DNA of 64,000 nt from Octopus vulgaris (taxonomy: Eukaryota). The stretch is from assembly GCA_951406725.2 (NCBI GenBank), contig OX597816.1, positions 148,428,001 to 148,492,000 of the forward strand, given 5' to 3'. A program made the translations under genes and the position numbers. Every line of letters starts with the position of its first letter. Position 1 is the stretch's first letter. Of this stretch, positions 42,390 through 55,672 are shown in pieces. A model generated the notes under the pieces. The model worked only from the letters and a program-made list of their open reading frames with translations, was not told the DNA's origin and did no database searches.

Positions 42390-43350
42390 TTAGCTTCAGA
42401 AGTGACCTATAATCCAAATTCTTTCTTTTCTTAATTGTGTAGACTTGCTGTTATTTAACAGTGGTACACTGTCTTCCAAACGAAAACCCCCTTGTAACGA
42501 CTGGAATTTGGGTTTAAGACGTAAAAACAGAAAAGCCCAGCAGGTTCGCTAATTTCTACTGATGTTGCCCTACCCATGTGGTCATCAAGGGATATAAGGT
42601 GATATTTTTTAAATTCATAATGAATCTTGTTGCTTTAAAAACAACAAAAGTAATAATATCAATGACAAAATATTTGACATTAAGGATGGATTTGGAGACA
42701 TCATGCCTTTACCCAAGAGAGGAAGACTAATAGAGGAGTACAATTTAAGGATTTGCCATTATGAAGAATTTTCTGAAACCAGTTAATACCTCCTTCACTA
42801 TTTTACCACAAATATAATGTGATATTTCGTTAATATTAGGGATTATTTTGTCAAGAATGTGCTTGCTAATTTCCCCAAAATCAGTTTTAGAGGGCTTGAT
42901 TATTAGAAGAATTTTGTTGAAAATTAACTTTATTTCGATCAAGAAAAAAACAGCTTTAGGTATTAATGGATGACTTCTGGTATGAATATTTAGATTTACT
43001 TTTATGACTTAACCTTAAGAATTAATGTTAAGTAGTTTCCTTATAATTCTTGACAATGTTACTAATGAGTCTATAATGCTTTTTGTTTATATCATAATTT
43101 TCTGGCTTTATCTGATTGTATAAAAATCTAATTAAAGGTTCCCATATAGCTTCATTTCTTCTTTAAATTTTAATGAAAAACATTCTTAAATTTCCTTAAC
43201 TCCAAGTTGTGTTTTTATAAATAAAAATAAGTTGAGACAATGTATTAGGAAGTTGACATCTGTCAGCTTTAAATCAAAAATTTTATATTATTATTCTCCT
43301 TTTGTCTATCATAAACAAGTATCATCAAGTCCGTCTATTCAACACTTTTG
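42390..43350 (-). pseudogene. Decayed Penelope-like (Neptune-type) RT
   Basis: LIIKPSKTDFGEISKHILDKII resembles the PLE motif RLINPAKSEIGKISK.ILD. ATSVEISEPAGLF resembles GAEICELVGL. Many stops and frameshifts. Confidence 0.7.
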
Positions 43351-46147
43351 ATTCTAATTTCAATATTTTTAGTATAATATTTTATTACTTTTATTCATAT
43401 CATTAGATTTTTTCCAAATTGTTTACCATTTCCGATTTATTATTCCCAATACTATAGTTGTTGGTTACTTTACTCATTTTAAAGTTTTGTTTTTCTTTAT
43501 ACTTAAGGCCTTATCCTTATAATTAGTATTCCGTTCATTACCTCGTACCTTATAGCATTTTCTCAACAACTATCGTGAGGATAAAATGTTACTATCTTAT
43601 ATTTATTACTCCTTGTAATTACAATTTTCATGAAATTTATTTTATCACCGTTGTTAATTTTAATTCAATTTTTTCAAACATACTAATTCAATTCTACATG
43701 TTGTATGACTTCCTCTCTCGCCCCTTCAAATAAGTCTTGCTTTCTATCTACTTTTTCCTTCGTCCATATTTCAAATGTGTGTTTGTGCATGTGTGTGTGT
43801 GTGTGTGTGCATACATGTATATATTCATATGTATGTATATATGAATGTGTATGTACGTGTGTGCGTGTGCGCTTGCGTGTGTGTGTGCGTGTGCGCTTGC
43901 GTGCGTGTGTCCAAACGTCACCAATTTATATTTAGCCACATGAAGTTAAGATATTATTATATCTTATACATTTAGTGGTAATCTCTCAATTAATATTATT
44001 TAACCATATTTTCACATTTTGCCTTACATGCATTCTATCTATAACTTACCCAAATTTTACACCAGGTTTACTCGTGAAAACGGACCCTGTAGCATTATAA
44101 AAACCCTTCTTGTAATATATCATTTTTTTGCATTATCACCTTCCCTCTAACTCTTGCACCTCTCTATGTATTTCTTTTATTCTTCCTCCCTGTCACTCTT
44201 CATGCATATACTTTTACCTTTATACCTTTTTCGACTCCTCTTTATATACAAATATATCTTTCTATAGTCATTTATTTTTCAAAGAAATTCGTCCTATTTG
44301 AAAACAATTTTAGTGATAATTCTAATCTGCAACTTTTTCCTTTGTTCTGTGGGGGAAATATTTCACCCAACTTTCTGTTTACAACTCTAAACATTTTAGA
44401 ACAGAATTTTTGCAATCCACATTTGTAAGTGTATGTTTGTGAGGAAGAAAAAGAGTATGAATCAGAGGAGGCGGATACCAAAAGAGTTATAGAATTGGTT
44501 ATAGAGATGGATAGATGGCAACTAGGAATAATTGACGAGAAAAGAAATTTAGTCCTTATTTTAAATATATGCTAACTTATAATTTGCAAGTCCTTTATTG
44601 TAATCACTCTGTTTTTCTAAACAGTTCAAAACAATTTATAAATATGTTATATTGAAAGGCAATCTTTATATCCAAATTAATATAATATTTTTGCTACAAC
44701 ACCAAGTACTGCGCTATGTACCTTGATAGGTTCTCTCAGGGTAAATAATGGAGTATTTGGCGTTCTAACAAAACATCCACGTTAAGTTGGATATAAAGGT
44801 TACTCTTTTGTATTGATACTGTTTCTGTCACTATTAATTAGGTAAATTCAATTGTGGCAGATCTTAAAGTTGTACATTCAGTGTATATTGTTGTGCAATA
44901 TGATGACATGTAGAACCGTACAGTTGTAATACTTAATAGAGTGTTTGGAGCGGCTGCACCTTTTGGTACGGTTCAAGCAGAACTACTTAATGGAGAAGGC
45001 AGACTAACAACACTTAACCTGATCAGTGTAAAAGGTAGTACATGTTTTATCCGCTTTTAGTTAACACGTTCGTGCCCTTAATACTGTTAGGCAAAGCATT
45101 AACTCTTCAAAATATTATTATTCTCCTTCACGAAAATCTAAAGCCTCAAACAAAATGAACAAAAGGACGTAGAGTGTATGTTAATTTATGCTTCACCGTT
45201 TTATTTTAATCTAATACCCTACTTGTAATTTATCGAAGTTTGTTGATTCATCGAATTTTGTAGGGTTTTTTTTTTATTTAGACGCAGGTAAGCATATATT
45301 AAATAACCTGTACTCAGATGCGTTCTTGCCATGATCACTTGAAGTAAAAAAAAATACATACTAACTTCCGGAATTTCCTCGATATATGGGAACCAGGACA
45401 GAGTACTGGGTGGTTTCGATTTACTGAGTAAAGCTACATTTTTCTTTTTCGTTTTCTTTTTTACTGAAGAAAAGTGCTGAAGCTAACCCTGCCCACAAAC
45501 GTTCAACAATTTCTCTTAACTCAGAAGTTCACATTTATCTCCTATACAATCGACTCGCTAGAAATAACAGTTAAATCACATTTAAATCATCTTTGCAGTG
45601 AAAGATACTTCAAATAATGTAATTAGATTTGTGATATGTACAAAATATTTACGACTGAGACTTCGTTAGCTATAGGAAAATTTGATCACATGCTTAAACA
45701 ATCACCAAATAAGCAACAAATGCCGAAATTTAATGTTCATATTATTTTTCTAATGATATAATTAACGTTGCTAATGAAGGTACAAAAACTGGAAATCGAA
45801 CCCCTTTCATCTATCCATCTCATTAAGACATTACATACTTACCTTTACGCCACACTCAAAGTAGCTATATATGTGTTTATGAAATTGTCTTCGTTATCTG
45901 TTAGAGTTATTGGTTCTTCGTTCACTGATTGACAACCGCACAAACCCCAACTACCACTTTCTGAACTTCTCTCTAATACATCATGTAAGGTGGATATATA
46001 AAAAATGAATAAAAAAGTAAATAAATAAACATGACGGCCAGCAAGTCTGTTATTGCAATATGAAGTAAATCAATATCCTCAGTTCGAACTGTTTATATGT
46101 GAATGTGTTTGTAAGTGTATTGTGGGTATTGTATGTGTATGTGCGCA

Positions 46148-46214
<67 letters not shown>

Positions 46215-46808
46215 TCATGTATATATACACATATATATACACGAACGCATACAAAGAGATAGAGAAAAAAATAATATATCCGTATATATATATATACACT
46301 TGTGTGTGCGCGAGTGAGGCTGTATATATGTAATCTATATACCGGAATTGGATATTGGATGACCATATATACTTACATGTATATATGTGTATGCGTGAGT
46401 GCGTATGTGTGTGTATCGATAGATGTAGATACACATAATAAAGTATGTATGTGTGTGTGCGTATATATATACATATATATTTACACATACATACATATAG
46501 ACACATTAACGTCTATATTTATATGTATAGACAATGAAGCATACTCATACATTTATAAGTGTGTGTGTGTGTGTATGTGCACGTATGCATTATTTATAAT
46601 CATTTCCAATATTGCTATATATCATATGTGTATTGGGAATGTGTATATACATTTTTTCGCTATAATTCATCTTAATTTTCTCTAGTGTATTGCAACAGTT
46701 TTCGGGTGTGTGTAGGTGTATAAAGGGAACATTATTCTTGCGATATTCGTCTTGTGTGTGTGTGTGTGTGCGTTTGCGCGCGCGTGTGTGTGTGAGTGTG
46801 TGTATATA

Positions 46809-46868
<60 letters not shown>

Positions 46869-46960
46869 CAAAGAGAGTGAGAGATAAAGAGATAAAAAGA
46901 TAGATAGATATACAGACAGATACATACATACATGTATACATATATGATTGCATACATACA

Positions 46961-46992
<32 letters not shown>

Positions 46993-47085
46993 CACACACA
47001 TGTATATATATATGTATTCAGGCGCGCGTGCGGAATGCACACACACACGGGCATATATATATATATATAGAGAGAGAGAGGTAGT

Positions 47086-47279
<194 letters not shown>

Positions 47280-47535
47280 TAAAATACAGAAGCCAAATTT
47301 TGTTCTTGTCAGGGCTTATTCAAACTGACAGTTCATATAACCCCCTATCGGGGTAAGTCCTAAGTCACAACAATATTATAATAAATATTAGATTCTACAC
47401 ATCTCCTTAGTCTTTTCTTCATGTTCGTTGTTTTTATGCGTTTATAATACTATATATGTGAGTGTGCGTATACGAGTACGTGTGCGTGTCTTTTTGTGTG
47501 TGCGTGTGTTTTTGAGTGTGTGTATGTATGTATGT

Positions 47536-47800
47536 ATGGCTTGGCGTATTGTACTAACTATCACATGATCGTGGATTCGATTCCCGGACGGGCAATGTAT
47601 CGTGTCCTTGAGCAACACACTTAATTTCACGTCTCTCCGGCGCCCTGAAATGTAAATGGGTAACCTTGCAATGGAACAGCCTTCCTATCTGGGGAACATT
47701 AGCCTGCTCTCATAGCTAATGGGGTTACATGAATGGAAAGGTAAAACAATGCGGAGCGATGGACAACGACATCGGATAGTCTGGTAAATGACACGATTTA
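47536..47800 (+). mobile_element. Diverged tRNA-derived SINE
   Basis: GATCGTGGATTCGATTCCCGGAC (B-box)...TGTCCTTGAGCAACACACTTAATTTCAC...CTTGCAATGGAACAGC. Confidence 0.65.
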
Positions 47801-48183
47801 TATATATATATGTACATGAGTGAGTGTAGAAACTAAAGAAGACAGTCGACGTATTTACTGTGTATCACATGAACGTGCTGGGCTTCTGTTAGAAGTCTGA
47901 GAAATTTCAAGTCGCGTGGTGCCGAATCAAACAGTTTAAAATATTAATAATACATGTGTATTTGTGTGTGTCTAGCAAGTATAAAAACCATGTTAAAAAT
48001 GTACAAAGAAACGGGAAACAGACAAAGAAGATTACCGAATCTTCATCCGTAATCAGCCAAAGGGTCAAATGCAATTTCGCACCTTCAGCGATATTATTGT
48101 TTCCCTGTGGTGGCACCGATGGCAAGAAGCCGCTGGGAAATTGCGAGCCACCAAACAAGAAAATGAACAAACAATAAATAAAC

Positions 48184-48450
48184 AACTATACAATACAGAA
48201 ACTGAACATACAGTCATGAGATAAGTGCAATTCCAGCCGCGACAATTAGTGAACGGACGAGGGACAAAGAGGAAAACAAATAGGACAAAACTTGAAACAT
48301 ACAGGCCAACAGAAATATATAAACAGAATATGGCGTAAGGGCCAGACAGGAGACGAAAATATGATTGAAAAGAGGATTGACAATGAATAAATAACTATAC
48401 AATACAGAAACTGAATATACAGTCATGAGATAAGTGCAATTCCAGCCGCG
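48184..48450. repeat. 58-bp direct repeat, 209 bp apart
   Basis: AACTATACAATACAGAAACTGAAYATACAGTCATGAGATAAGTGCAATTCCAGCCGCG at 48184-48241 and 48393-48450 (1 mismatch). Confidence 0.93.
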
Positions 48451-48457
48451 GCAAGTA

Positions 48458-48522
<65 letters not shown>

Positions 48523-49422
48523 AAGACATATCCAAGAATTCATCAAAAACAGTCCCAATCACTGCTATAATCCACAACAAAGCACTTTAAGTCACTTGAC
48601 CATTTAACATCCTACTACTATCATACCAGCCCGCATTCTACTTTTATTGTTCGTTCGCTTCTCCATCACCTTCTTATTCGTCTTCTTCTTCCTCTCGACC
48701 ATCTCCTTCCTTAATTACCTACCAATGCTGTCTAGAATAGCATCTACGCAAATATTATAAACAATATATTCAAAAGAGACATCTCAAGAAGTCAATCACT
48801 ACTCCAATCCACAAGTCACTTTCAGGGCACTTGACCATTTAATGTTTATAAATGATATATACACACTTTTTACCTATTTTGGCATTGATATCAATTTTTA
48901 AATTCTTAAATTTTATTTTTATACAGCATAACAACATTGTTTATAAACAATCACCCATAGTGCCCTAAATAAAATTTCTTCTGTACTAACATCTTAGGTT
49001 TCTTAGCGTCTTGCCCCTTTAACTAGTAATTAACATCATGATTTAAAGTTTACCCTACCCTGCCTCTTTTCATAGACAGTTATTTATATCCACCTGACTA
49101 CTTCTAATGTCTTATTTTCCTCCCTAGGGAAAAGGGATACATATGATAATATTTTTGACTACATGTAGCTGTCAACTCACTTTTGTCCTTTATTCAAAAT
49201 AGGCACAGTCTTCTAGCTTTAGATTTCGAAGTTGACAAAGACACACATAAATTAGAAATGAATTACAACTCTATGATCCCGCTATGCACCAGCGATTTTT
49301 AGAACTTGTAGTCTATTCTTAGTTAAAATAGTGACAACTTGAATTTCTGTCATCATCTTACTGTGCTAAAATATTTAAGAAAAATCACATTGTGTCCTAC
49401 CTGTTAAAATTCCATTTATTTG

Positions 49423-49508
49423 TGCAGCTGAAGATGGCACTACATTTAAAGTGATGTAATGATTGCATTACTCAATTAAATGGAGCCGCTTGAAACGGTT
49501 GTACTGCA
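49423..49508 (+). ncRNA. Type I hammerhead with canonical core and extended stem II, about 30 nt before (TA)n
   Basis: TGCAG-CTGAAGA-TGGC...GCCGCTT-GAAAC-GGTT-GTA-CTGCA, with perfect 5-bp stem I. Confidence 0.8.
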
Positions 49509-49559
49509 TTACTACTTGATATGCAGATGCTTATCTTGATTATATATATATATATATAT

Positions 49560-49690
49560 AGTTAGCACACGGGGCAAAATGCTTAGCGGCATTTCGTTCG
49601 TCTTTACATTTTCAATTCAAATTTCGTCGACTTTCCCTTCCATCTCTACAGATTTGATAAAATAGTACCAATTCTTGCCCGAAATTGTTT
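49560..49690 (+). mobile_element. SINE family B fragment
   Basis: GTTAGCACACGGGGCAAAATGCTTAGCGGCATTTCGTTCGTCTTTAC. Confidence 0.7.
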
Positions 49691-50225
49691 TAGATGTGAC
49701 TATTTTAATTTTACTTTAACACTCAGTCTATTTTACACCAAACACTACCATAATTACACCATGTATACTGTTATTATTATATTTTTGGTGGTACATGTAT
49801 ATAATTTAGTCCTATACACTCCTTATTAAGTGTATGTTTTAAGTCTATGTGTGCGTGTATATAACCATACATACAAGTTCTTTTTTCCACATATACTGCT
49901 TAAGTATACAAGTCATACTTCTCATCAATTATCTTAAGACTAGAGATGATTTGGTTTGTCCTGGCGTCTAAATGGAAACCGTAGTCAATTTGAAGGGATG
50001 GCTGTCTTGCTTTGACGATAACAGTATAGTTTAGTACGAGTCATTAACTGCCCATCAAAACTTCACTTAGCTGTAAATTCCAACACTCCAGCTTTGGAAT
50101 CATTGTTTCATTGGTCATCAAGTTTAATAACGTTGAAATTCCTTGTTTCATTTTGGTCATAAAGATCTCTTCTCTCATAGATCCATCGTATTTCCTCAAG
50201 GTGTGTAAGTGTGTACATTTATATG

Positions 50226-50296
<71 letters not shown>

Positions 50297-50509
50297 GGAT
50301 GTATGTGTGTGTGTATGTATATATGTGTATATAGTATATAAGTGAATGTGTGCTTGTGTGTGCGTGTGTACATGCTCACTGTAGTATATGTTTGTCTTCT
50401 GCGTCTCTTTCTTTCTTTCTCATGGATACGCGCTATTCACTTTCCCAAACTATTTTCTTTAAACCTCTGCTTTGGTTTGTTTTTCTCTATCCTACAAATG
50501 TGTGTCTCT

Positions 50510-50551
<42 letters not shown>

Positions 50552-50592
50552 CAGCGGCGGCGGCGGCGGTGGTGGTGGTGGTGGTGGTGGCG
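50510..50592. repeat. Compound trinucleotide repeat (AGT)n-(GCG)n-(GTG)n
   Basis: In-phase transition between three trinucleotide motifs. Confidence 0.95.
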
Positions 50593-53185
50593 GCAGTGTT
50601 CGTCGACGTCGTCCTTGTGGTGGAGGTGGAATCCGAATTTCGCTGATAGATTTGGTTTCTTTCTCGTAACTACCTAACTTCAGGCAATCATCCCACATAA
50701 GGAATTTCTTGAAAAAATTCACATTTATATTAATTCCATAGTTATATTAAATTCTTTTCGTATTTTGTATAGCCATACTTTATCTGTCGAATTCATTTTT
50801 AAAAAAATACACCTTTCTTTTCACTTTTACGAAATTTTCCTTTTGTTTTCAAAACAGCTTATAAATAACAATACTGACCTGAATAATAACAAATATTATT
50901 CATATTTCATAACAATAACAATGTTGTCGTCGAATTATTCTTTCATTTCCGTTACTTCTTTTAACACATGTGCACAACGGAACTGACGTCGGATACGTTC
51001 AAAACACGCATTCATTTCTATAGAGAATAGTCAATCATTTGTCTTTTGTTGGGCCCATTTATGGATATCGCCAGCAAATCTTACAATAATATTAACATTT
51101 TTCTTGTCATTATCTTTAATATTACATTTTTCTAAATATGTTATATTCAAATTTCATTGATAAACTTTGATTTTTTTCATTTAAATACATAATTTCTTCC
51201 TTTTAAGCAAGTAGCCACCAGACACATTTTTTCATATGACAATTTTCAACTTTCTATGAAATTTTCTTGATATTTCGATTAAAACTATTTTTTTCAACCA
51301 AGTCCATTCCCAATAACAATAAATTTCCTTCATTTCTGTCGACAATAGAGATTACCTGGAGGAAAAAGTTAAAGAGGAGGAAGAGAGGAAGAATGTGATG
51401 GCTGTGAAGTTTAACCCTCGATCTGTAGCTTCGGCCACAGACCTAGTATAAAAACACTGATACTTCACAAATGGATGCTGCATGTGGGTTTTCCTTGAAA
51501 AGATAAAATTCTTCTTGCTATCTTTATTAACCTACGGCTCATGAAAATGTTGTTCTCCGATTTTTAACCCAATGATATTTGTTCTGCTACTGCTTCCTAG
51601 AGTGGATTATTAACACTAATTTTATCAATGTAGATTAAATGAGAATTATGGGAAGTTAAACTCCAGTGAGGCTTCAGGTACGGCTACGCTCTTAATTACT
51701 AGAGTGAACGAAGGAATATAGTATACCAACAAGACAGTTTCTACGTGATCGTCTTCTTACCAGAAATAGATCTCGTATTTCCCTCAAATCACACCCTACT
51801 TTCTTTCGAAACGAAGGAGATACTGAATTTTGTAGTCTCAGAAACAATGTATCTGAATAGCAAACACACTAAAAATGTAAGATGGACTGATATCTGTTGG
51901 AATAATTTTGGTTACAGCTTTGTGCAATTATTTTGACCTGGGGATAAACAATAAATCAGTAATGATAACGACTCAGCACTTACATAAATACGAAAGTTAA
52001 ACATATAAATTGAAAGAATTATTAAAATTTGTTTGCTGTGTCAGAAACTCTTCAGAATTACTGATCCGTGCCAGATTATATCAAGAATTATCATTGATAC
52101 AATATTATCATTTTTTTTCTTATCTTTATGTTTCCTTAAATTACTTAGACTCCACCAGGTATCTGATATATAACTGTATAACCGTTATGAAGTTAAAATA
52201 TTGCTATTGATTGCGACGTCGGTCGTTGTAAAAGGTGTCTATGAATTACATCCTCTTTCTCCGGTAGAAATTTTCATTTCTCAGTTTCTATTTTTCTTCT
52301 TTTCTTTTTATATTGGTTTTTCTTAGTAACTTCTTTGAAATACAAACAATAACGGTAACATTATCGAAGCATTCTATTATATTGATACGATTTTGCCAAT
52401 TGAAAATTGTAGACATCTCTCTAAAGAAGAGTGATTAAAAATATCTCTATGCAATCATGAAGATTATCTCGTCGTGACTGACGCTATTATCATTGGTACA
52501 ATTTTGCTTTTTTGGTTTAGGTTTTTATTTCTGTAAATGTTTCTATCTTTGCTTATTTCAAGATCTTTATTTTTTTATTTCAATTCATTCTATTCAACTA
52601 CTAATGATTTATTTTTCAAAAACAGGTCATACTTGTTGATGTATATAAATACACAATGTAGTCTTGTATCGAAAAGCGTGAATAGTAAGAAGCTGGTGAA
52701 GAGTTGCGAGAGCACGGTAAGGTATAAAAATATAAAATCATAGAGGAACTATGTTGAAACATCATACCAACATTATTATTAAAGGAAAGAAAATGTTCTA
52801 TTGAAAAGAATAACATTCTACGTTATCTCAACACTTACTGCCGCAGACCTCATATCTTTTGAATAAAAATGTCTATAAAACATCATTCACTAGCTCTCCT
52901 AGTAGAACATTTATATCGTCAGAGCGAATTTCAGAATAAAGCCCAGAAAGTAAATGTCTCCATATTGCTGTAATAACTTAAAAAGTGTTTTTTTCCTGCG
53001 AAATTGAGAGAATTAAAATTGTACTATAGGTTTTTTTCAACATAAGTTGCGATAAACTGCTACAGTCACTACTTCCATTGCTACTATTACAACTAACGTT
53101 GCTTGAGATAATGGCAATTGTTATATATTTAATAAAATTGAAAGACGACGCACAATGTGTCACGCTTTATCTTTTTCATTCTCTA

Positions 53186-54360
53186 TTTATCAGTGCAAAA
53201 CTATTTACGATTTTGGTTATTTTAAACGTTGATGCTTTATTTTAGAATATACTTATATTTAACAATATCAAAGCAATATACTAATTTGAAGTGTAAAGTT
53301 CGGTATATTGCTTTATACCAATGATTTTGCTTTTAGAAAATGAAACACTGCAAATTAGAACGATTTTATTGTATAAGTTCATAATGGAACTCAAAGACGA
53401 GGAATCTGCTCGCAATATCACTCGACCATTTAACTAGATGACTTTCAACGCACGTACTGGTTCCAAAAATTTCGAAATAAAGCTAGAACACTAACGATTA
53501 GGAAAGTCGAAGTTAACCCTCTGCGATTGACAATGACTTTTACTGAAGCTATTGTCGAAACCAGTCCACGAAAAACATCTCGAGATGTTGCAAATGAACT
53601 AAATGTTGATCATTCCAGTGCAATACATTGGAAGTTTAATGAATCTCGACAAATCGATAGCATATGAAAAAAAACACAGCCTCAAAGTCCGTTCTGCACT
53701 TCGTTAACGCATACTAGACGTTTCTTTTCTTGGTTGCAATGAGACAAGTGACAAAATGACAGACTTTAAATAACAAACACCGGGGTTTGACACAGATGAA
53801 ACACTAAAACACATAGAAGAAAGTTGTTTCAAACATAGATTGCGGGCACTGTTTGTGATCAGCATGTGGTAAAGCCCATTACTGCTTCATGAATCATGCT
53901 GAGCCATCATAACAGAAATAAGGCCAGGAAAGCAATGACATGTTCAAAGAACTGCAACATTTACGTCTAACATTAATTAATCAAAAAGGACAAAGGAACC
54001 AATTATTTTCTATGAAATCGCCCGACCATACGTGTAGCACATATCGCTGCAAATATTGAATGAATTAAGCTAAGAAACACTATGTCTCCAAATATAATTT
54101 CCATGACCCTCTCCGACCAACTATCACTTTCCGAGTATTTCGATAACTTCCTGCAATAAAGCAGCATCCATGCAGCAGTTTAATAACATTTCGTGCAATT
54201 CAGCGATTCTAACATTCCAGAATAAATAGAATTGATTCTAGTTCGCAAAAATATAGAGATGTTAATGGCTATTACTTCATTAAATAATATTTGATCTGAG
54301 CTGATTTATATAACTTTAAAGAGGATAATGAAAACCGCAATTATTTTGACACCAACTTCA
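53186..54360 (+). mobile_element. Very decayed mariner (cecropia/Hsmar1-like)
   Basis: WFQKFR and AIVETSPRKTSRDVANELNVDHS. Right end AAAACCGCAATTATTTTGACACCAAC and left end GTGCAAAACTATTTACGATTTT resemble Hsmar1-type TIRs. Confidence 0.75.
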
Positions 54361-54604
54361 TATCATGCTCAGGCCACGCTTTACACTCAAATTTCGCTCG
54401 GAATCTTGGGATTTGCACTTTCAAGCATTTCGCTTCTCTTGTTAGTCGCCTTTCTCATTAGTGTGAAGGAAACAAGACCACTAGTTACTGGGGCTCAAGG
54501 TCCTCATCTTTAATTTCGCTTTTGCTTTAGTTATCGTACTCCAAATGCCTCCTAACAAGTCGATAGTGAAAATATATATGCTGTCACGGAAAGTTGACTT
54601 AGAC

Positions 54605-54910
54605 TAGGGCTGGCCAACTCGAATTACATTATGGACCACTTTAATCACAGAAATGTTTTTGAAGGCTGCTTATATACCGACAGAATTGAAAGCATTTTAC
54701 TTTCTCATGCTATTATTACAATAATTAATGAATGATCGTTGATTCAACAAGGAATATATCGTTGCAAAACAGTAGTATCATTCTTTTTTTATTTTCCATT
54801 ACAATCTTTAATTTTTGATAAAACATTTAAATAAATCCATTTCAAAAAAGTATCAAGCGGGCCGCAAGACAAAAGTCAGCGGGCTCCGTGCCTCAGAATG
54901 GCCAGCCCTG
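54605..54910 (+). mobile_element. hAT (Charlie-like) MITE, copy 2
   Basis: TIRs TAGGGCTGGCCA and TGGCCAGCCCTG, 8-bp TSD ACTTAGAC/ACTTTGAC. Confidence 0.88.
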
Positions 54911-55024
54911 ACTTTGACTCTATTTTGATATCTATCAAACACTTCAATCTCCCCTTTCTCTCACTCTGTAACTTTCTTTCATTCTCCTTTTATATATGTA
55001 GGGAAGAATTCACAAAAAAATGTC

Positions 55025-55066
<42 letters not shown>

Positions 55067-55070
<4 letters not shown>

Positions 55071-55452
55071 GACAGTTTATTTTTAAATATTCAAAATATT
55101 TTAAAATATTCAAATCCATATAATGAAATTCCAGTCCCACGGCCGTTTCTATAACCAATTGATTCAATATAAATATTGAAACTAGTTAATTGGGTATTTA
55201 ATCAGAGAAATGTAACTCTCCTTTGGAAAATTCTCCCCTGGTGAAATGACCACTTAACAAGTTTCAATATGAAAATTTTAATTGAATTAATTTAATTTAA
55301 ATTTAATTTCTGTAATTGGACTAATTGGATACGGAAACGGCTGTAGGACTAAAATTTTATTATATGGATTTGAACACCTTTAAATAAACTGATGTCTGTA
55401 TGTCACTTTCTCCATTTTCTTCCTTTTCACAATCATAGGTATTTTAAATACC
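55067..55452. mobile_element. Old PLE-like fold-back module between TA tracts, with a degenerate hammerhead in each arm
   Basis: Arms about 55067-55211 and 55229-55400 are diverged inverted copies. The + arm has CTGGTGA...GAAAC-GGCT-GTA and the - arm has CTGATTA...GAAAC-GGCC-GTG. Confidence 0.65.
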
Positions 55453-55559
55453 TATATATATATCAATGCAAAACTAATGTATTTAGTTTTCAATGAACGC
55501 TGGTATAAACCAGAGAACTAGGATGCTAGGATCCCTTAAAGGTTTATAGGTCCTTCATG

Positions 55560-55620
<61 letters not shown>

Positions 55621-55628
55621 TCGGAAAG

Positions 55629-55672
55629 TGTCGCTGATGAGATCACAGATGTGTGACGAAAGGTTTCCGGAC
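55629..55672 (+). ncRNA. Hammerhead motif starting about 10 nt after a (TA)n tract
   Basis: TGTCG-CTGATGA-GATCAC-AGATGT-GTGAC-GAAA-GGTT-TC-CGGACA, with imperfect stems. Confidence 0.6.

Noticed and set aside
50472-50722. Poly-Ser/Gly, poly-Val or poly-Pro/Leu ORFs
   Set aside because: Compound trinucleotide microsatellite with no exon context.
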